A stretch of 25,609 nt of DNA from a virus (lineage: Duplodnaviria > Caudoviricetes). Positions 6,682-15,868 of this stretch are shown here, one piece after another; positions within the stretch are counted from its first letter, which is position 1, and the number at the start of each line of letters is the position of its first letter. The notes beneath the pieces are model-generated. The model saw nothing but the letters and a program-made list of their open reading frames with translations, searched no databases and was not told the origin of the DNA. The position numbers and the translations under genes were made by a program. Location: positions 1 to 25,609 of the IMG/VR virus record IMGVR_UViG_3300044631_000268, one strand, 5' to 3'.

Positions 6682-8808
6682 TTACTCCATAGAAATACCG
6701 CGACGACGCATCTCTTCTTCAATATCCAACAAAGACGGTTCAGGGGCCGCTTCAGGCGCCGCTACTTCAGCCGGCAGATTAGGCTGCATTACATCCACCA
6801 TTGGACCACCGCGCGCGCCAGTAATCGCCACTCCTTTACCAAGCGTCTGTATTGCGTTGTAGGCTTTCTCACCCTTGGTTTTTCCTTTAGCCAAATCTAG
6901 CAACAGTTTACGGTTGTTGCCCTCGAACAATACTCGAGAGAATGCTTCTGGGCTGGCAATTAGTGCGTCAACCAAAGCACCAGCTTCTTTAAGCAACAGA
7001 CTTTGCGTAGCAGTGGCGCCGGCGCCGCGTGATACGCTATAGACCGTGCCGGCAGACGGGCCTGCGGTGCCCGCTGCGGTTTGTCTGGACAACACGCGCT
7101 GCATGTATTTCACAGCTAACTGGGCTTCTTTTAAATCAGCCGCGTTAGGGAACAGCGCCGCTAAGTCACCCTTTTTCTGTAAGGCTTTCAGCATATTGTC
7201 GATACTTACCGCCGGGTCAAGCGCCGACCCACTAGCGCGGCCTTGTGTCAGTACGTCATCTAAAGCACTGCGACGTACCGTGTCCAACACCGACGTTACT
7301 TGCGGGTTAGGATGCGCCGACATAACTTGAACTAAGAAGTTCTGCTGCGATTCCGGCAATTTTTTCAGCCTAGCCAAAACTTGTTCTGGCACCAATTCCG
7401 TTACGTTAGCCTTATCAAAAGCTTTTGTAAGTGGTCGGTCAGAGAACTCTTCAATGCGACGGAGGTTGGCCGCAAAGTTGTCGCGCGCCTGAAGCAGTTT
7501 GTCCGCGCCGGGTACCTTATTTTGAATGGCCGCGTCTAAGGATTCCTTGAACCCACGCAATACGTTCATGGCAATGCCTTTAGCTTTGCCTGGCGCTACG
7601 CCTTCAAAGATATTGCTGCCGCCAATCGTGGCCTTACCCGAATAGGCGGCGTCGCCCCATATAGCCAAGTTATCTTGCAGTCGTTTGATATCAATCGATC
7701 GAATGACATCCGGTGTCGCGGGCGTTACGATCGTACTCGCCGGTGTACCGCCTGGGCCAAGCACAGTTGATGTTGTAGTCGTCGCAGGTTTGCCCGGCTC
7801 AACGTACTCAGTCAGGATACGCTCTAACGACGATTTTAGCTGGGCAAAGCCAGGTTCTTCTGGCGCAATAGTCGCGAGTTGCTGGCGGACTTTATCGACG
7901 ACTGGTGAAGTGTCGATCATGCCGCCGGCTGACTTGGCCGCGTTGAAGTCTTTCTTAGCGTCGCCGCGTAATTTGGACGACAGCGCCTTGCCGTAATTCT
8001 GAAACGCATCATAGACTGCTTGAGTCGCGGCTTCTGCCCGCTGAAGCGTGACTGGCGCGCCAGCAGAGCGTTGAAATAGCCGATCAAGAAACCCTTCGAC
8101 GTCGATGGCTTGCCCTTGACGAAACGCAATGGGCGCTTGTCCGCTACGCGTTGACGACTCGGTTCTCGCTTCAATGGCTAACTGCTGGCGGTCTAGCGCC
8201 GCTTCGCCTGGCGTCAGTCGGCCAACACTAAGCAGCTCACTTGTCTCTGCTACTGATGGCATCGTAACGCGTGGTTGTGTCAATGCGCGCTGCGCGCCTA
8301 GGTAACTAGCCTTTGCAGCGTAAGGCGACATACCCAAAGCAAGTTGTGCGGCAGGACTTTCTGGCGCTACCGTGCCGGCGAAAAGACCTGTTGTGCCACC
8401 AACACCATATTCGCCTGCAACACCCATCTTAGTGCGGCCAAACAAGCCGGGAACACCAACTGCCGTTAGCGCGGCTGCTGGCGTGCCGGCGGATGAAAAC
8501 TCATACGCGCCTTTGTAACCGGGTATCGAAAGCAAATCTATGCCGGTCAAATTACGTATGCCGCGCACCATACCTGCAGAAGAGAACGCATTAGGATCGT
8601 TACTTTTCTTAAGGTAATCGTACAGATTTCCCCAACCACCAAGGATGTCGACAACGCCTTTAGCGCCACCTTTAAATAACGACTCACCAAAATTCTGAAA
8701 CTCTTTAAGCGTCGTTCCTGGCTCGTCCATCACTGAGCCGCTTACGGTCAATAGACCGCGCCGGCGCATTTCGGCTTCAACTTCCTCCAGTGTAGGTGTC
8801 TGTGCCAT
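6682..8808 (-). CDS. putative internal virion / DNA ejection protein (708 aa)
   Basis: Large Ala/Gly-rich helical protein; third of three large genes after the tail genes, as for podovirus ejection proteins. Confidence 0.6.
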   Translation of the reverse strand: MAQTPTLEEVEAEMRRRGLLTVSGSVMDEPGTTLKEFQNFGESLFKGGAKGVVDILGGWGNLYDYLKKSNDPNAFSSAGMVRGIRNLTGIDLLSIPGYKGAYEFSSAGTPAAALTAVGVPGLFGRTKMGVAGEYGVGGTTGLFAGTVAPESPAAQLALGMSPYAAKASYLGAQRALTQPRVTMPSVAETSELLSVGRLTPGEAALDRQQLAIEARTESSTRSGQAPIAFRQGQAIDVEGFLDRLFQRSAGAPVTLQRAEAATQAVYDAFQNYGKALSSKLRGDAKKDFNAAKSAGGMIDTSPVVDKVRQQLATIAPEEPGFAQLKSSLERILTEYVEPGKPATTTTSTVLGPGGTPASTIVTPATPDVIRSIDIKRLQDNLAIWGDAAYSGKATIGGSNIFEGVAPGKAKGIAMNVLRGFKESLDAAIQNKVPGADKLLQARDNFAANLRRIEEFSDRPLTKAFDKANVTELVPEQVLARLKKLPESQQNFLVQVMSAHPNPQVTSVLDTVRRSALDDVLTQGRASGSALDPAVSIDNMLKALQKKGDLAALFPNAADLKEAQLAVKYMQRVLSRQTAAGTAGPSAGTVYSVSRGAGATATQSLLLKEAGALVDALIASPEAFSRVLFEGNNRKLLLDLAKGKTKGEKAYNAIQTLGKGVAITGARGGPMVDVMQPNLPAEVAAPEAAPEPSLLDIEEEMRRRGISME

Positions 8809-10388
8809 TATTTTTTACCTCCGGTCAGCCTAGCGCGTTCAGCTTTTAACTGGGCATCAGTCATATTAGTTAATGTCCCACCAACGCTGCTGGGGCCAGT
8901 AAATATGCCGGTGTATGTAGGCGTATAGCCTGAAAGCGACTGATTCTTACGCAAATAATTTTCTGCGGAGTCAGCTTCTTTAATTATCGCGCTATTTCTA
9001 TCTCTTAAATAATCTATTAGCTCACGTCTAGCAGAAGCGCTGTTTTCTAAGCGAGGAACAACACCCTTAACAAATTCTAGGTCGACATTAGATATGCCTC
9101 CGCCCAACTTCCCGCCCATACTTTGTAAAATAAGATCCGAAGCTGATTTTTGAAACTGCTCTGATCTAGACAGCGTGTCAGCATCACTTTTACTAATTAA
9201 ACCTAACGAGTTTAAAAAGTTAGCCGCGCCTACACGGTTTGCGGCAAAAGATCCACCTATTAAACCTCGACTATCAAGATCAGCAAGCCGCGCAAGTGCG
9301 GTGTTACTTGCCACAGCATTGCGTTTGTTTGCTCTAGCTATAGCTATCTCTTCAACGTCTAATTTAGCTAACCCTTCAACTACTTGTTTTGGCCCAGAAG
9401 GAAGTGAAGAAGTAGCAGTCGCTGTAACTTGAGTTGTAATCCGATCAACATCTCCAACAAACGGTTTGCGGACTTGTTTACCGTCTTTAACGTCGTACAC
9501 AAACTGTTCGTCTTTCATTTCATCCACAAATACAGCTTTACCTTTATCCGGCCCTGTTTTTACCTCACCAACAACGGTGAGATTTGGCTTATCTTTCCTT
9601 AGCCCACCGCGCAGTATTTCGAGTTTGGTCTTCAAGTCCGTTACGTCTGGGGAGTTAGGGTCAGGCGCATTGCGTATTTGTTTTTCTAAATCAACTATAG
9701 CGTCAGCTAAAACTAGCTGTTTATCGGCGTCTTTAGCTCCGCCTTTTCCTAGCATTAGCGGGAGCTGTTTTGCATATTCAGTATTAAACGCTTCTGAACC
9801 AGGTTCACCTTTTAGAGAGGCTAAAGCAAAGGCATTCTTTTGCTCGTTTGTACCTCCTCCGTCAGCTCTGCCGCCACGCCGCAAGTCACTTATTTCCGTG
9901 TCAATAAGTTTAAGTTCAGGGCTGTCCGCAGAAGCACCTTCGGCTATGAGTTTTTGTTTTCCTGATTCTAACTCTCGGATGCGCGCAGCCGCCAGCAGTG
10001 CGGGCGACGTTCTTTCACGCGTACGCTGTTCAGCCAAGGCTTTGTCACCCTGCACTTTACGACCATACTCCGCTAATGCCAACGCACCTTGTGGATCACG
10101 CATACCGGATAGTTGCCGCGCAGCAGAAAAAATAGCTTCTGGGCTTGATAGGTCAAGCCCACCCAGCACCGACTGGCGCGCGCTGATCATGCGCAACTGT
10201 GGGTCTTCCGCGCCCAGCAGACCAGCCAAACCGCGGCCGAACTGCTGACCCGCACGGATCGCGCTGAAGCGGATGCTCTGATACGGATCAAGCTGTGCGA
10301 GCTCCGCAGCCTGACGTTGCATCATCAGGTCTTGCTGCTGTTGGTACATCTCAGGCGAGGTGAATAGACCTAAAATTTCGCTTGCCAT
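8808..10388 (-). CDS. putative internal virion / DNA ejection protein (526 aa)
   Basis: Synteny; Gln-rich N-terminus; predicted helical; TAGGAG SD. Confidence 0.6.
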   Translation of the reverse strand: MASEILGLFTSPEMYQQQQDLMMQRQAAELAQLDPYQSIRFSAIRAGQQFGRGLAGLLGAEDPQLRMISARQSVLGGLDLSSPEAIFSAARQLSGMRDPQGALALAEYGRKVQGDKALAEQRTRERTSPALLAAARIRELESGKQKLIAEGASADSPELKLIDTEISDLRRGGRADGGGTNEQKNAFALASLKGEPGSEAFNTEYAKQLPLMLGKGGAKDADKQLVLADAIVDLEKQIRNAPDPNSPDVTDLKTKLEILRGGLRKDKPNLTVVGEVKTGPDKGKAVFVDEMKDEQFVYDVKDGKQVRKPFVGDVDRITTQVTATATSSLPSGPKQVVEGLAKLDVEEIAIARANKRNAVASNTALARLADLDSRGLIGGSFAANRVGAANFLNSLGLISKSDADTLSRSEQFQKSASDLILQSMGGKLGGGISNVDLEFVKGVVPRLENSASARRELIDYLRDRNSAIIKEADSAENYLRKNQSLSGYTPTYTGIFTGPSSVGGTLTNMTDAQLKAERARLTGGKK

Positions 10389-10415
10389 GATGGCTCCTAA
10401 TTCGTCACTGCGTTC

Positions 10416-11513
10416 TTAGTAGTACCCGTAGCCTTGATTTTGCGGGTTACGGTTAGCTGAATCAAAGTAGGTAGTAGGAAAACCGCCCGGCACATTTTCA
10501 CTTCTTAGCTGTGTACGGTTATACGCTGGGCTACCTGCGCCGCTAAACAAGTTCGTCAAGTAGTTTCCTACCCCTGAAGTCAATTGTTGATTAGTGCCCA
10601 ATCCTTGCAAGAACGATGCAGTCGGGTTCAACGCATTCGCTGCCTGCATCGTTTGCGCCGCGTTCGTGCCGCCAGTTAACAGCGCCTGTGCTGCCGCTGC
10701 GCTACCACCACCTAACGACGCGCCGATCTCGAGTGGCTGACGCCCTAACGCCTCGATATCACCTGCTGCGCCGAGGTAGCTTTGGAACGGTGCAAGTGAG
10801 CCGACCAGACCGCGCTGGTAGCCGCCCAGCAAATCAGCACCGGTGCCGAACAGCGTAGTGCCAAAGGCCAACTGACGCTGCCCTTCTGTCTGCGCTCTAG
10901 CGGCCAGCTCTGCATCTTGCTGTGCGATCGCGTTGTAGTACGCCTCCATCTCTGGATTCGTTGCTGAAAGCCCTACACCGCCGCCTGGGCGAAAACCAGT
11001 CGCGCCGACGGCTAAACCAGTGCGGCCTGTTTGGAATTCTTGATTACGCAATGCGGCCAACTGACGCTCACGTTGCGGCGCCAAGATGTCGAGCTGCGAG
11101 GTCATATAGCGTTGTGCTACGTCGGCTGGCGACTCGGCCAAATAACGCTCACCCAAACCGAATAGCCGACTAGCAGCGTCAGTCATCGGGGCATACAGTC
11201 CTGGCGCTTGAGCTAGATAATCAAGCCCGGTGCCGCCAGCCATACCCAGCAGTTCATTTTGATAAGCGCGGAGTTCAGGTGCCAGCGTATAGGATGCGCC
11301 CGATACACGGCCGTCGCGGCCAGTGGTGAACTGGCTTTGGCCGAATCGCGTTGTGATGCCTACCGGCCGAAACCGCGCCTCTTCAGCAGCAATCCGCGCG
11401 GCTTGAATTTGCGCGTCGGCAGAAGCCTGCGCGGCTTTCCGAGCGGATCTTGATTGCATGGCGCTACCAAGTAGTCCACCCCCTGCCGATATAAGCGCGG
11501 CGGTAACAGGCAT
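10416..11513 (-). CDS. putative ejection/pilot protein (365 aa)
   Basis: N-terminal AALISAGGGLLGSAM...ARKAAQA pattern typical of the first (P22 gp7/T7 gp14-position) ejection protein; Ala/Gly/Gln-rich; AAGGAG SD. Confidence 0.65.
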   Translation of the reverse strand: MPVTAALISAGGGLLGSAMQSRSARKAAQASADAQIQAARIAAEEARFRPVGITTRFGQSQFTTGRDGRVSGASYTLAPELRAYQNELLGMAGGTGLDYLAQAPGLYAPMTDAASRLFGLGERYLAESPADVAQRYMTSQLDILAPQRERQLAALRNQEFQTGRTGLAVGATGFRPGGGVGLSATNPEMEAYYNAIAQQDAELAARAQTEGQRQLAFGTTLFGTGADLLGGYQRGLVGSLAPFQSYLGAAGDIEALGRQPLEIGASLGGGSAAAAQALLTGGTNAAQTMQAANALNPTASFLQGLGTNQQLTSGVGNYLTNLFSGAGSPAYNRTQLRSENVPGGFPTTYFDSANRNPQNQGYGYY

Positions 11514-11514
11514 G

Positions 11515-11835
11515 TCATTCTCCTTTAATCAACACGTTATCCACGTTCGCCGGGTCTTTTTCATCCGTTGCGTGGATACAAAACCAAACACAATCTTCAA
11601 TCGCCTTCACGCCGTGCGTGATGCCCGCTTTAATCTCAAGACAGGCAGGCGCGCTCACAATTTGAATATCGTCGCCTACCAGTACCGCCACCTTACCCTT
11701 AGCCAGAATCGACAAGTGGCTAAAATCATGCGTATGCTTCAATATCGCCTGCCCTGCGCCAACATGAATCTCTTTGGCGTACAACCCATCGGAAAAATGG
11801 TGTGTTATTCCGTTGAGTAAAATATCTACTGACAT
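11515..11835 (-). CDS. cupin-fold protein
   Basis: HTHDFSHLSILAKG (cupin motif 1) and IKAGITHGVKA (motif 2). Confidence 0.75.
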   Translation of the reverse strand: MSVDILLNGITHHFSDGLYAKEIHVGAGQAILKHTHDFSHLSILAKGKVAVLVGDDIQIVSAPACLEIKAGITHGVKAIEDCVWFCIHATDEKDPANVDNVLIKGE

Positions 11836-11909
11836 AGCTTAACTATTTACCCACGATAAATGCTTTCCACCAATATTTACGGCAAATTGTGAAAGTAGGT
11901 TTTCCATGG

Positions 11910-12842
11910 TTAGTCATAAAGTATGTTGATTGTGCCAGCGTCAAACAGGTCTGTACCGTTAACTGTCGTAATTCTTAGCTGGGTAAGCGTGTCGGATAAG
12001 GTTTTTGATCCGGAAAAAAAGTTTGGTGAATCTGATGATGATGATGCCCATGTGCCACCACACACAAAAGTATTACTTCCAAGTAAGCAAATAGTCATTA
12101 ACCCCGATCCAGTTAAACCAGATAGTTGCCCTCTTGTAACCTGAAAACCCGCAGAATTAAAGTTTTCACCACCCCTATTACCTACTGCCCCAGAGTATCC
12201 AGTAGTTTCAATACCGCCACTATCGCCAAGTTGAACCTGAATACGGCTGGTTCCACTTGTGCTTACCTCGCTAAACAGTATAGTAATTCGGCTTACTGTC
12301 GAAGGAATGCTAGTAAAGTTTACTTCTGTTCCTGAAGCAAATACTTCTGTACCGCGTACCGGTGTAGTTACAGCACCAGTATTACCATTGACACTAGTAA
12401 CACCTGAATTAGTAATCGTTGGGTTTCCAGATACGCCGTCACCATCAGTTACGGTAATACCAGTCCCAGCAGTAATAGCCCTAGGCGTTAGCGTGTTGGC
12501 TGCTGTTCTTACGGCAATACCGTTAGAGGCTGTATCGGCAACAGTACCAAGGTTGACCCGGGCGTTAGCCGCAGTAGACGCGCCGGTGCCACCATCTGCA
12601 ACTGTTAAGTCTGTTATGCCGGTAATAGACCCGCCGCTAATTGTTGCTGTCGCTATGATTGCCGTGCCAGCAGTAACGGTGCCGGTAAATGTAGGCGATG
12701 CAAGGTCGGCTTTAGTAGCTACCGCAGTAGCAATATTATTGAACTCCGTATCAATCTCAGTACCTTTGACAATCTTGGCAGCGTTGCCAGACGCCAAAGA
12801 ATCTTTTGACGCGAAGTCTGTACTTTTTACATAGTTACTCAT
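11910..12842 (-). CDS. tail fibre/spike protein (310 aa)
   Basis: Follows the tail tube genes; Thr/Gly/Ser-rich; LTVADGGTGAST and VTSVNG fibre motifs; beta-rich C-terminal domain. Confidence 0.7.
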   Translation of the reverse strand: MSNYVKSTDFASKDSLASGNAAKIVKGTEIDTEFNNIATAVATKADLASPTFTGTVTAGTAIIATATISGGSITGITDLTVADGGTGASTAANARVNLGTVADTASNGIAVRTAANTLTPRAITAGTGITVTDGDGVSGNPTITNSGVTSVNGNTGAVTTPVRGTEVFASGTEVNFTSIPSTVSRITILFSEVSTSGTSRIQVQLGDSGGIETTGYSGAVGNRGGENFNSAGFQVTRGQLSGLTGSGLMTICLLGSNTFVCGGTWASSSSDSPNFFSGSKTLSDTLTQLRITTVNGTDLFDAGTINILYD

Positions 12843-14398
12843 GTTACTCGCCCATTCTTAGTGAGAATTTCAATCTTTTGTATAGACAACTCGGAAGCGT
12901 TAATTTCTGCTTCATAACCTGTCTGCACAATACGTCCTGACCCAGAACCTTGCGCGTAAAGTGTTTGCAGGGCGATACCGCCAGCGTACTGTGCTACCGG
13001 AACACCATTCGCGCCGTACTCAGCAATGCCGTACTCGGATATAGTTTGCGTCGGTATCTGTACGTTTTGAGAGTAAAAATTTTCACTAAAATCAAATGAC
13101 CATTTTATAGTGAGAGGTTGGTTAGTTCCGCCAACAACTACAACGCCGATCCGTTTTAATATAGATGTGACGGCTTGATCACCCAAATCCGCTTGATTGG
13201 TGTAGTAGTACAAACGATAAGTGTCTGTATCATCTAAATATCCGTTGTATTTACCTATGTACCCATTCTTGCCTATTAGCAAATCGCCGTTGCGCCGTGA
13301 CAATAAAGCTGTAGGTGCAATGTCGCGCCAAGTCGTTACCCTAGATGATCCATCTTCTAAAACGCCGCGCGTATCGAAAACATAGACAAAATTAGCTGTA
13401 GGAAACGTAATCAAGTAAAACGCATTTATCTCTGAATAAACCGCTTTAATGCTAGCTGGGGTTTCGCCCGCTGCCATTTGCACAAGATCATTACGAACAT
13501 TTTTGCTTAAGTCACGAAACGGCGCAGACTTTTCTTGAATCGTGCGTAACACCGACCGTACACCGCTGTTCGACAAAAACACAACGTCCGTGTTGGTATT
13601 CTGTACTGAGTCGCGGGCAATGCAGCCGATACCCCCTACCGTGTCATAGAGCGACATTGTTGATGGGGCTGTTGCGCCCTGGTAAACCAGAATTTGTCGC
13701 TTACCAAAAATGAACAAGAATCCGTTATGCGCAGCTAACGCAACAATCTCATCTGGCCCATTTGGCCATACGGTATTGACATTAAGCGACCCCGCTGTGC
13801 CGGTTGACCAGACGTGGCCTGCAATTAAGTCGGAAAAATACAGCGTCTGTTTATTGCCTGCCGTATTAGCCGCCCAAAGACGACCGTAAGCTGAGATAAC
13901 GCAATCCGCAGAAGGTACCGTAGCAGCGTAACCTGTCTTTTCAGAAACACGGCGATAGGTTGTGGTGCTTACCGCAGGATCGTAAATTAACGGATCGTGG
14001 CCGGTCTGAAAAAAGTACGTTATGCCGTTTAGCGACGCGCATTGCCAGTTGTTGGCCGTGATCGTCGGTGCTGTGCCGCCACCACCATAAGTTAACTCGA
14101 CGACGGCGTTGCTACCATCGAGCTTGAATAACTTATTGTTGCCGGCAAACAGAATCGTATACGCCCCATCCGCGCCGACCAATTCGTGGATCACGCCGAC
14201 ATTATTCGCCCCTAAGTTGCCAGACGACGAATTAACTTTCGACCAGCCTTTGCGAGCGCCGATGCGGCCGTACTGATCGATAACGCAATTGGTGGCTTGC
14301 AGCGCAAAACCCGCCGCCAAATCCATCGGCGAATCTTGAGTGTTCAGGCCAAAAAAGCCTGGTGCAGAAATCGTATTGACTTGTAGCGCCTGGCTCAT
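12839..14398 (-). CDS. tail tubular protein B / nozzle (P22 gp10-like position)
   Basis: 519 aa, beta-propeller-like composition (YGRLW, LYFSD, IGCIARDSV, VVFLSNSGV); synteny after the adaptor. Confidence 0.75.
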   Translation of the reverse strand: MSQALQVNTISAPGFFGLNTQDSPMDLAAGFALQATNCVIDQYGRIGARKGWSKVNSSSGNLGANNVGVIHELVGADGAYTILFAGNNKLFKLDGSNAVVELTYGGGGTAPTITANNWQCASLNGITYFFQTGHDPLIYDPAVSTTTYRRVSEKTGYAATVPSADCVISAYGRLWAANTAGNKQTLYFSDLIAGHVWSTGTAGSLNVNTVWPNGPDEIVALAAHNGFLFIFGKRQILVYQGATAPSTMSLYDTVGGIGCIARDSVQNTNTDVVFLSNSGVRSVLRTIQEKSAPFRDLSKNVRNDLVQMAAGETPASIKAVYSEINAFYLITFPTANFVYVFDTRGVLEDGSSRVTTWRDIAPTALLSRRNGDLLIGKNGYIGKYNGYLDDTDTYRLYYYTNQADLGDQAVTSILKRIGVVVVGGTNQPLTIKWSFDFSENFYSQNVQIPTQTISEYGIAEYGANGVPVAQYAGGIALQTLYAQGSGSGRIVQTGYEAEINASELSIQKIEILTKNGRVT

Positions 14399-15045
14399 GT
14401 CGGCACAAACTCCTGCATCTCAGGAAAGCGAGTCGCCTCCAAAGCTATATAATCAGAAAGCATACTTCTGTAGAGCGCATATGCTTCTGAGGAATTTAGA
14501 CCACCGTCTTCACCGCGCTCAACCAACGCTCTGGCGTAAGCGTTCTGCGTCACCAGCACGTCCGGCACCAGCACCATCGTCGAGTCCGACGCCAATACTG
14601 CTTGCGGCACAGTTAGAAAAAACTTGATGGTGTACACACCGTCAGGCCGACCCCATAGTTGCACTTTAGCGTTGCCGCTGCCGTCGACACCCTCAAAGCA
14701 ATACTCAGTAGGCACGGCGTTTACAAACGGTTGGAGGTTCTGCTTGCGCCGCATGTCGCCCACCGTGATATTACTCATGACGACGTTGGAGGTCGTGTTC
14801 AATGGTTCGCTGCTAACGCGGAACTTCTGGCCAGCGCCGGTCAGCGAATACTCGTAAACACTTGCGGAAGTGGTGACCGTGATTTCCGTCCCTAGCGCGT
14901 TCCAATCGTAAGCGTCTTCGATCTGCCGCTTGGAGTCGTTGACGAACTTACCAATTAGTGATGAGTAGGTAGTCAGACCGACAGTTGATACCGTCTGCTC
15001 GCGCAGGCGGATTAGCACATCGTTGACGAGTTCTAAGTAGGTCAT
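14395..15045 (-). CDS. head-tail adaptor / tail tubular protein A
   Basis: MTYLELVNDVLIRLRE...YDW N-terminus typical of podovirus adaptors; size and synteny. Confidence 0.75.
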   Translation of the reverse strand: MTYLELVNDVLIRLREQTVSTVGLTTYSSLIGKFVNDSKRQIEDAYDWNALGTEITVTTSASVYEYSLTGAGQKFRVSSEPLNTTSNVVMSNITVGDMRRKQNLQPFVNAVPTEYCFEGVDGSGNAKVQLWGRPDGVYTIKFFLTVPQAVLASDSTMVLVPDVLVTQNAYARALVERGEDGGLNSSEAYALYRSMLSDYIALEATRFPEMQEFVPT

Positions 15046-15344
15046 TTGCTTTTCGCCTTATTCCTTGCGGAAATAGCTTTAGCTTTTGCCTTTGCGTCCG
15101 CCTTGGATGATGCGCCCCATGCATTTAAAGATAACAACAGCCTTGTCGGCTTGCCATCTTTACGCTCGGCGCCGGGCATGTTGCCCATCCTGGCGAGAAA
15201 AGAAGCTCGTCTCGGGTTATCGCCAGTTTTCACCGGCGCTTTCAGGGATCCCCCTGTTTCTGCATTATAAGACGCCCGACCCGTGGCATTCAAGCCGCCC
15301 TTTGGGTTTTGACCGGCTTTTCTCTGCCACGCGGGTGTCTTCAT
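15042..15344 (-). CDS. small basic protein (100 aa; resembles DUF6321-type phage proteins)
   Basis: AWQRKAGQNPKGGLNATGRASYN...RRASFLARM motif; Lys/Arg-rich. Family name recalled, not searched. Confidence 0.7.
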   Translation of the reverse strand: MKTPAWQRKAGQNPKGGLNATGRASYNAETGGSLKAPVKTGDNPRRASFLARMGNMPGAERKDGKPTRLLLSLNAWGASSKADAKAKAKAISARNKAKSK

Positions 15345-15493
15345 TTTTTCCTCGGTTTAGCCGTTTTAGCAGACTCCTTAAACGCAGCGGCAGTCGGCGC
15401 GCCTTTGGCGCCTGGCTTTCTCATCTTCTCACCGGAGCCCGCCGCGATGCGCTTACGCTTGGCGTTGATATTGGCGTACAGGCCGGGTTTCAT
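15341..15493 (-). CDS. small Lys/Ala-rich basic protein (50 aa, MKPGLYANINAKRKRIAAGSGEKMRKPGAKGAPTAAAFKESAKTAKPRKK); not in ORF track
   Basis: Hand translation; ATGA overlaps at both ends. Confidence 0.8.
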   Translation of the reverse strand: MKPGLYANINAKRKRIAAGSGEKMRKPGAKGAPTAAAFKESAKTAKPRKK

Positions 15494-15654
15494 TTCTTGG
15501 CCTTTTTCTTAGCCATGCCGGCCATGCTCAAACCGATCGCAACCGCTTGCTTCTGCGGGTAGCCTTCCTTGCGCAACTTGCTGATCTTGGCCGAAGCAGC
15601 TTCCTGCTTGCCTTTTTTCGTGTATGGGTACTTCTTTCCGTCGACCATTGGCAT
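15490..15654 (-). CDS. small Lys-rich basic protein (54 aa)
   Basis: Start reassigned to ATG 15654 (AAGGG SD); QKQAVAIGLSMAG...KKKAKK. Confidence 0.75.
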   Translation of the reverse strand: MPMVDGKKYPYTKKGKQEAASAKISKLRKEGYPQKQAVAIGLSMAGMAKKKAKK

Positions 15655-15658
15655 GATG

Positions 15659-15868
15659 TCACCCTTTAAAAAATAAACGATCTGCAACGAAGGTAACCAC
15701 ACCACCCAAGGCGGACGCGATCGACATGCCGACCCAAAATCCACCTTTAGATTTGTTGGCCATCTCCAGCAACTGCTTAATGTCGCTCCGCATGGCGTGG
15801 ACTTCGGTTTGCAACGCCTCTACCTGCGCCTCTAACTTGCCGAACTCTCTCGGGTCAATTTCTGACAT
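15659..15868 (-). CDS. coiled-coil protein with C-terminal TM (69 aa; XhlA/holin-like architecture)
   Basis: Heptad N-terminus then GFWVGMSIASALGGVVTFVA. Confidence 0.7.
   Translation of the reverse strand: MSEIDPREFGKLEAQVEALQTEVHAMRSDIKQLLEMANKSKGGFWVGMSIASALGGVVTFVADRLFFKG

Noticed and set aside
6676-11907. Stop-codon reassignment suggested by in-frame ORFs across TAA (6682-6684 and 11839-11841)
   Set aside because: All core genes are intact under the standard code, and TAA, TAG and TGA each terminate genes at sensible positions.
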